Below are positions 54,801 to 60,800 of a stretch of DNA of 64,000 nucleotides, in pieces. The notes under the pieces are model-generated. The model saw nothing but the letters and a program-made list of their open reading frames with translations, made no database searches and was not told the origin of the DNA. The stretch is from Chiloscyllium plagiosum (Eukaryota). Positions within the stretch are counted from its first letter, which is position 1. The number at the start of each line of letters is the position of its first letter. The stretch is from positions 45,231,419-45,295,418 of the forward strand of contig NC_057728.1 of assembly GCF_004010195.1 (NCBI RefSeq). The letters run 5' to 3'. Both the position numbers and the translations under genes were made by a program.

Positions 54801-57800
54801 AATTTTAATCTATGATTGGAAAATTGGATTTTTGCCACCTCACCAATTAAGTGCTCTTGACTCCCTTTCAAAACCTCTGGCAGACTTAGCTGTTTCCACC
54901 TTATATTTCAAAAATAATAAAAAATAAACAGTGAATTTTCTTTTGTAATTTAGCCTATTTTTCTAAACAACTTCTTCAGAGCTGTTATTACACACTTCTG
55001 GAGTAGGTGCACTGGGCCTCCCAGTCCAGGAATAGGGATACCACCACTGTACCACAAGAGGGCCCCTAAAGCATACTGTACATAGAACTCGCAGGTAGTT
55101 TCTTATCCAAGTACTGACCAGACCTGAATCTGCTTAGCTTCTAGGATCAGATGGGATTGAATGTTTTCAGAGTAATATGGTTGTATGCCTAGTGAAGTTT
55201 TAAATACAAACATTAGGAGCACATGTAAGTCATTCAGCCCCTTAGATCTGCCCCATCAATATGATCATATCTGATCTGATTGTAGCCTCACATCTGAATT
55301 TCCATTCCCCAAGAAAGACGTTTTATCCCCTTGCTTAACAAGTAACTATCTATTTCTGTCTTACAAAAAAATTCAAAGACTGTGCTTTAACCATCTTTTC
55401 AGATAGAGAGTTCCAAAGACACATGACCCTCTTAGAGAAAACATTCACCTTGTCTCTGTTTTAAATGGATGATCCTTGATTTTTAAACAGTGTGTCCTAA
55501 TTCTAGACTTTACCAGGTACTCTGTCAAGACTACTCAGGATCTTGCATGTTTTAGTCATGTTTTACTTTTCTAAACTCCAGTGGGTGTAAGTCTAACCTG
55601 TCCAACATTTTCTTGTTAGACAACTCTCCACTCCCCAACCCCCACCCGCCATTCCAGATGCTAGTCCAGTAAACTTGCTCTGAACTGCCTCCAATGCAGT
55701 TACATCTAACCTTTAAGTTAGGTGACCAATAATGTGCACATTACTCCAGTTTATAGTCTCCTCAATGCCTACCTTTGTATTCATTCCTTTTTGTGATGAA
55801 TAATAACAGTCTGTGTTGGTTTTCATGAAAAGGACAGCCAGATCCTTCTGAAACTTGATATTGATAAAACCTTTCTCAGACTTAGGGAGACTTGAGGTCC
55901 ACTAGGTGTAGACTTAAGAACATAAGAATGTAAGAACTAGAAATAGGAGCAGGCAGGTCAGCCCTCAAGTCTGCTCCACCATTTGGTGCAATGGTGGATG
56001 ATCTCATCTCAATCTTCCCAATGTGTGAAAGTGTCACAGAAGATTTTGGTACACTAAGAATAAGAACTTTATTTGCCGATAATACAGATCCCAATAAATT
56101 GTTGCTTTAAAAAAATCAGAATATAATTGCTGACAATCTTTTAAGATCTAAGATATACCAGTATCTAGTGACTTTCGACTTTTCTCCTATGGCCAAGCAT
56201 TATTCCATAAATTCCTGAGAGTTGATGTTTAGTATGGGGAATTATGTAAATAAGACTTTCATCAATGATATGGTAGAGAAAAGTCATGCACAACACTATT
56301 TCAGCATAAAACTATCCTGAATCAGTTATATATGAATTTCCTCAGATAGAAATTGTCAAGTTATACTGAACTTTTGAGGAAATTGCAGGCCTTTCTCATG
56401 AATACATCCTCTTCAATGCTTGAATATACTGTTTGTGGACACTCTTGTTATCTCTAAATCCATAAAATGATGCCCTTCATTCTGTATGTTTTCCTAATTA
56501 AAACCGTAATGCATCTAGCATCTGACAGGCAGGCCAAATATTTACTTTCTCAATTAAATGTCCACTATATTAAGCTTCAGTCTCTATTGAGATCTTTCCA
56601 ATTTAGTGGTTTGCTCTGAAAATTGATATGAACATGTTACTCAGAGAAAATGTTCATCCGTTATGTTACTTTTATATGTCACTGTCACTTCATTGAATCC
56701 TTGTTTAGAAAGAAGAAGACAAGTGTTAATTTGTGTGGTGATCTTCATGACCACACAAAATACCACCACTAAAATACTTTGCAGCCAATAGTGCATTGTC
56801 GATGAGGGAATGTGGCACCTAATTTGATAATATATTGCACAAATAGCATGATGCTGATAAGGAATATTGTCTCTGCTATTTTATTCAAAATTATATCATA
56901 GAGTCTACCTCAGAGAGCAGATGAGTCAATAGTTTAATTTTGCATTTGAAAAATGGCAATTGTACAACACTGAAAATGTGTTGCTGGAAAAGCGCAGCAG
57001 GTCAGGCAGCATCCAAGGAACAGGAGAATCGACGTTTCGGGCATAAGCCCTTCTTCGGGCTTATGCCCGAAACGTCAATTCTCCTGTTCCTTGGATGCTG
57101 CCTGACTTGCTGCGCTTTTCCAGCAACGCATTTTCAGCTCTGATCTCCAGCATCTGCAGTCCTCACTTTCTCCTCGAAGAATTGTACAACACTCCCTCAG
57201 TATTTTACTGGAGTATTAACTTTGATTTTTGTGCCCAAATTTCTGAAGTGGGATTTAAATCTACACCTTCTGGCTCAGCTGACAGTTCTACCAACAGATC
57301 CAAGCTTAATCTTTATGGGTGTGCATTGATCTTGCTACATGCACAGTATGTCAAGTTTGGCGCCTGGAATCATTAGAGATTTGGAATTGTTTTGGGCAAC
57401 CACATCTTATCATTTTCTCTTGTTGAGCAGTAAGATTAAGATCTGGCTTGCAAACCAAGTTTTACATTCAACAATTTTAACTTTGAAACAAAGGCACCTA
57501 CATGGCTGTTTTGAGTATTGGTGCTGTTTCGATTTCCTCAAATGTAAACTTTTTCATCAAATTTGGCATAATTGTTTGCTGGTTGCTAGTCTATCTAAAT
57601 ATGCGAATGCCTCAACATTCACAGACCTTTACTAAGACATTCTGTTTTCTCATGCAAGCCTTTCGTACACAATGGAAAAAGTTTGATTTGCGTACTTGGA
57701 TGTAGAAACATGATCAACACTTTGTTCATTAAATGCTTATCTACCGAGAAATCTGGACCTGTTCTCACAGTCGTACAGTCAAACATTGCTGCTCTATATC

Positions 57801-60800
57801 TTCAATTGGAGACTTGAGGACTTCAGAAGTAGAGCCTTTAGGTTTTTGTTTTAAAAATGCTTTCACATTTAATGGTTCTATTTATGTGAGATTTTATAGG
57901 ATAGTTACATTTGAATGTCTATTGAATTCAAGGGAAAATTATATCATATAGAGTTACATGTGACTTGCTGCTTATTCTGCCCATTGATAAGCTTATGTCG
58001 CTTAGTTACCATATGGGAAAAAGTGAGGACTGCAGATGCTGGCATTCAGAGTCAAGAGTGTGGTGCTAGAAAGGCACAGAAGGTCAGGCAGCAGGAGAAT
58101 CAACGTTTAGGGCATAAGCCCTTCATCAGGAATCATTTTCCAGCACCACACTCTCGACTTAGTTACCAAGTCCAATTAAAATTCAAGCGCTACGTTTAAC
58201 ATTTTGAAAGCAAAGGACAAAGAAGCTAGCTTTACATTGTGGAGACATACAGACTTAGGCAATCTGATTTCAAAGCACTGGAGACAGACAAAGTAAGTCA
58301 CAGAGTGAGAGAGAGAGAGACAAAGGGACAGCAACTCCCGTCAGCAGAAGGAATAAAATTGTTCCTCTGTTATCTGCCAGTCAGAACTCTGATGGAAAAT
58401 TGAAGGGCAGAAATATTTAAAGGCACTGGGAAATTCTGGTGGTGAGACCAGGAAAGAATTGCTAGAGTGAGCCTTGCTGCTAAAAGACGTTTTGAGGATT
58501 TCAGAAGACAACATTTTTTTGTCTTAAATTTGTGAACCAGGAGAAGTGAGCATGTTAGAAACTGGGAATAACTTTGGACTGGCTGCTGTAAAGACTAACT
58601 TCTGTGGAGAACGTAGTGTAATATTTAATTTTGGTGTGGTGGCATTGGTCGTGATAAGAATCTAGTCAGGAATGTCATTTCTGTAGTTTAGAATTGTAAT
58701 TACCTCCAGAGTAATGTTCAGTTTATGTTGATTTTGGTTTCTTTGTCACAGTAGAAGTCTTAAAAATTGAAACCCTGACATGCAATTCCTTTAAGTCAGT
58801 TGCTGGAAATTGAAATCCCTTTGAAAGTTATTGATCTCTACGGGGATTGTAACAAAAGTTACTGCTTTTTTTCAGCTGGACAGTTTCTGTTCTATATATG
58901 ATTTCTTGTCACTGTATCATCAAGCAAGGCAAGGAAACTTTGGTTGCTTTGGTTTGTTAACTTTCCAAAAAGTCAATGTCAGTTTGGCTTGAGTAGACTA
59001 TACTATTGTATCATAAGGAAATGCATGGTGTGCAAACATTTGGCCTTTATCTAGTTGTTGCAGTAAGAATACACATGTATATATAGATATAGATGTGAAA
59101 GTTGACTTGCACAAGTGCTTGCAATAAATTTAGTAGATTTAATTACTGTGACTATAAATGTCTTATTGTAGAATTGATTGTCCTTAATAAATTACTGAAC
59201 TCATTCATATGTTTAAAGTCATCAAATACCTTTATTTTTCAGTTTGACGGACCTTACAGCCATGTCTGACTTTCTTTTATTGGAGAGGCTTAATGTTAGC
59301 AATAATCGCTTATCAGGTGAAGTAAATCTTTATTTTTTCTCCATTATTTTTCTTTTCGTAATTTACTTGCATGAAGCTTTGTATGAGTGAGTGCATTTCC
59401 TTTGATCAGGAGGACAGGGTTTCCTGTATGTGCCTTTAAATATCGCTGTGAGTCAGTGTGATACCTTTTGGAGTAGTCAAGATCAAACCTCAGTTTACGT
59501 TAAGAATTGAACACAGACGCTTCCTTTAATGAAAAATTAATAATCTATCACAATGCAACTATTTTTATACATTGATATTGCACTTTAGCTAAAAACTTTA
59601 ATTCATGAACTGATACTTCACACAAAGATGTGTATCTATTGCATACTTTGAGGAATCTTTATTTTGTTGTTTTTTCTGTATTAAAAATAATCTGGCTGCT
59701 TTAGGGCAGTATATTTAGTTCTTTAATATGCCCACGATGCCTTTGATTTGAAATGATATCTGTAGTACACATAAGCACTTCTGGTGCAAACCATGCTGGC
59801 TGCTATTTTGGTGAGAATGTTGGTGTATGTGCAGAGAGTGTCAGTAAAAAAAGCAGACTAGTGCTCCAAATACCTCATTTTCAACATACACATTTGAACA
59901 TATATTTAGCAGCAGAATTGCTGAAGTGGTACTGGTCTTTTATTTTTGCATAAGATCTGAGACTACTTTTCAAAAGTAATTTTATATCATGTCAGACCTT
60001 ACTTTCAGTTTATAATACCATGTAAATGTACTTCACAGAAGATGACAGTCATAACAGTTACACAATAAAGTTAAATCAGTCTGTATAAGATGTTGACGAA
60101 CAATGTACATTTTTTGTAGTTACATCTTTAATTTTGTACAGTAGGAGTGTGATCATTCATACCATGTTAAAAATCACACAACATCAGGTTATGGTCCAAC
60201 AGGTTTAATTGGAAACACAGTAGCTTAAACCTGTTGGACTATAATCTGGTGTTGTGTGATTTTTAACTTTGCACACCCCAGTCCAACATCTCCAAATCAT
60301 TCATACCATGGAGAGTGTATTTTCGTGTTTAACACTATTGATAAAAGCTTTTGATTCTCGAGGTGCTTCATGTGAATTTGCATGTACGCCCCATGAAAGA
60401 ACATCAATTAAAAGTTTTGCAGTCACATATTCAGATTCCTTGTTCAAAAATACAATTATGTGAAATAAGATCTCTGAACTGGTTGACCAGAAAATCAGGA
60501 TGATCAATACAGCTTTCTGAATGGAAAATTATATTCAAACAATCTATGTGAGATTTTGTTGAAGAATTATTCACAGTCAATAGAGAACAACAAAGATGTA
60601 GCGTAAAGTGATGTCACCATCGTCCCAGAGGATTATAGGCTGCTATTTCATCAGAATGACCAAGATGAGTGGTAGTGAGTTTAATCTGAGGGTCATCATG
60701 CCTCAAGAAAGGTATGAGGTTGAAATGATCCGACCTTCATGGTAACATCAGCCAGTGCAGGAAATGAACCCATGCTTTTGGCATCACTTTGTATTGCAAT

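Noticed and set aside
55068..55188. Functional 5S rRNA gene
   Set aside because: Single dispersed copy with many substitutions, including CpG decay in stems. Called a pseudogene.
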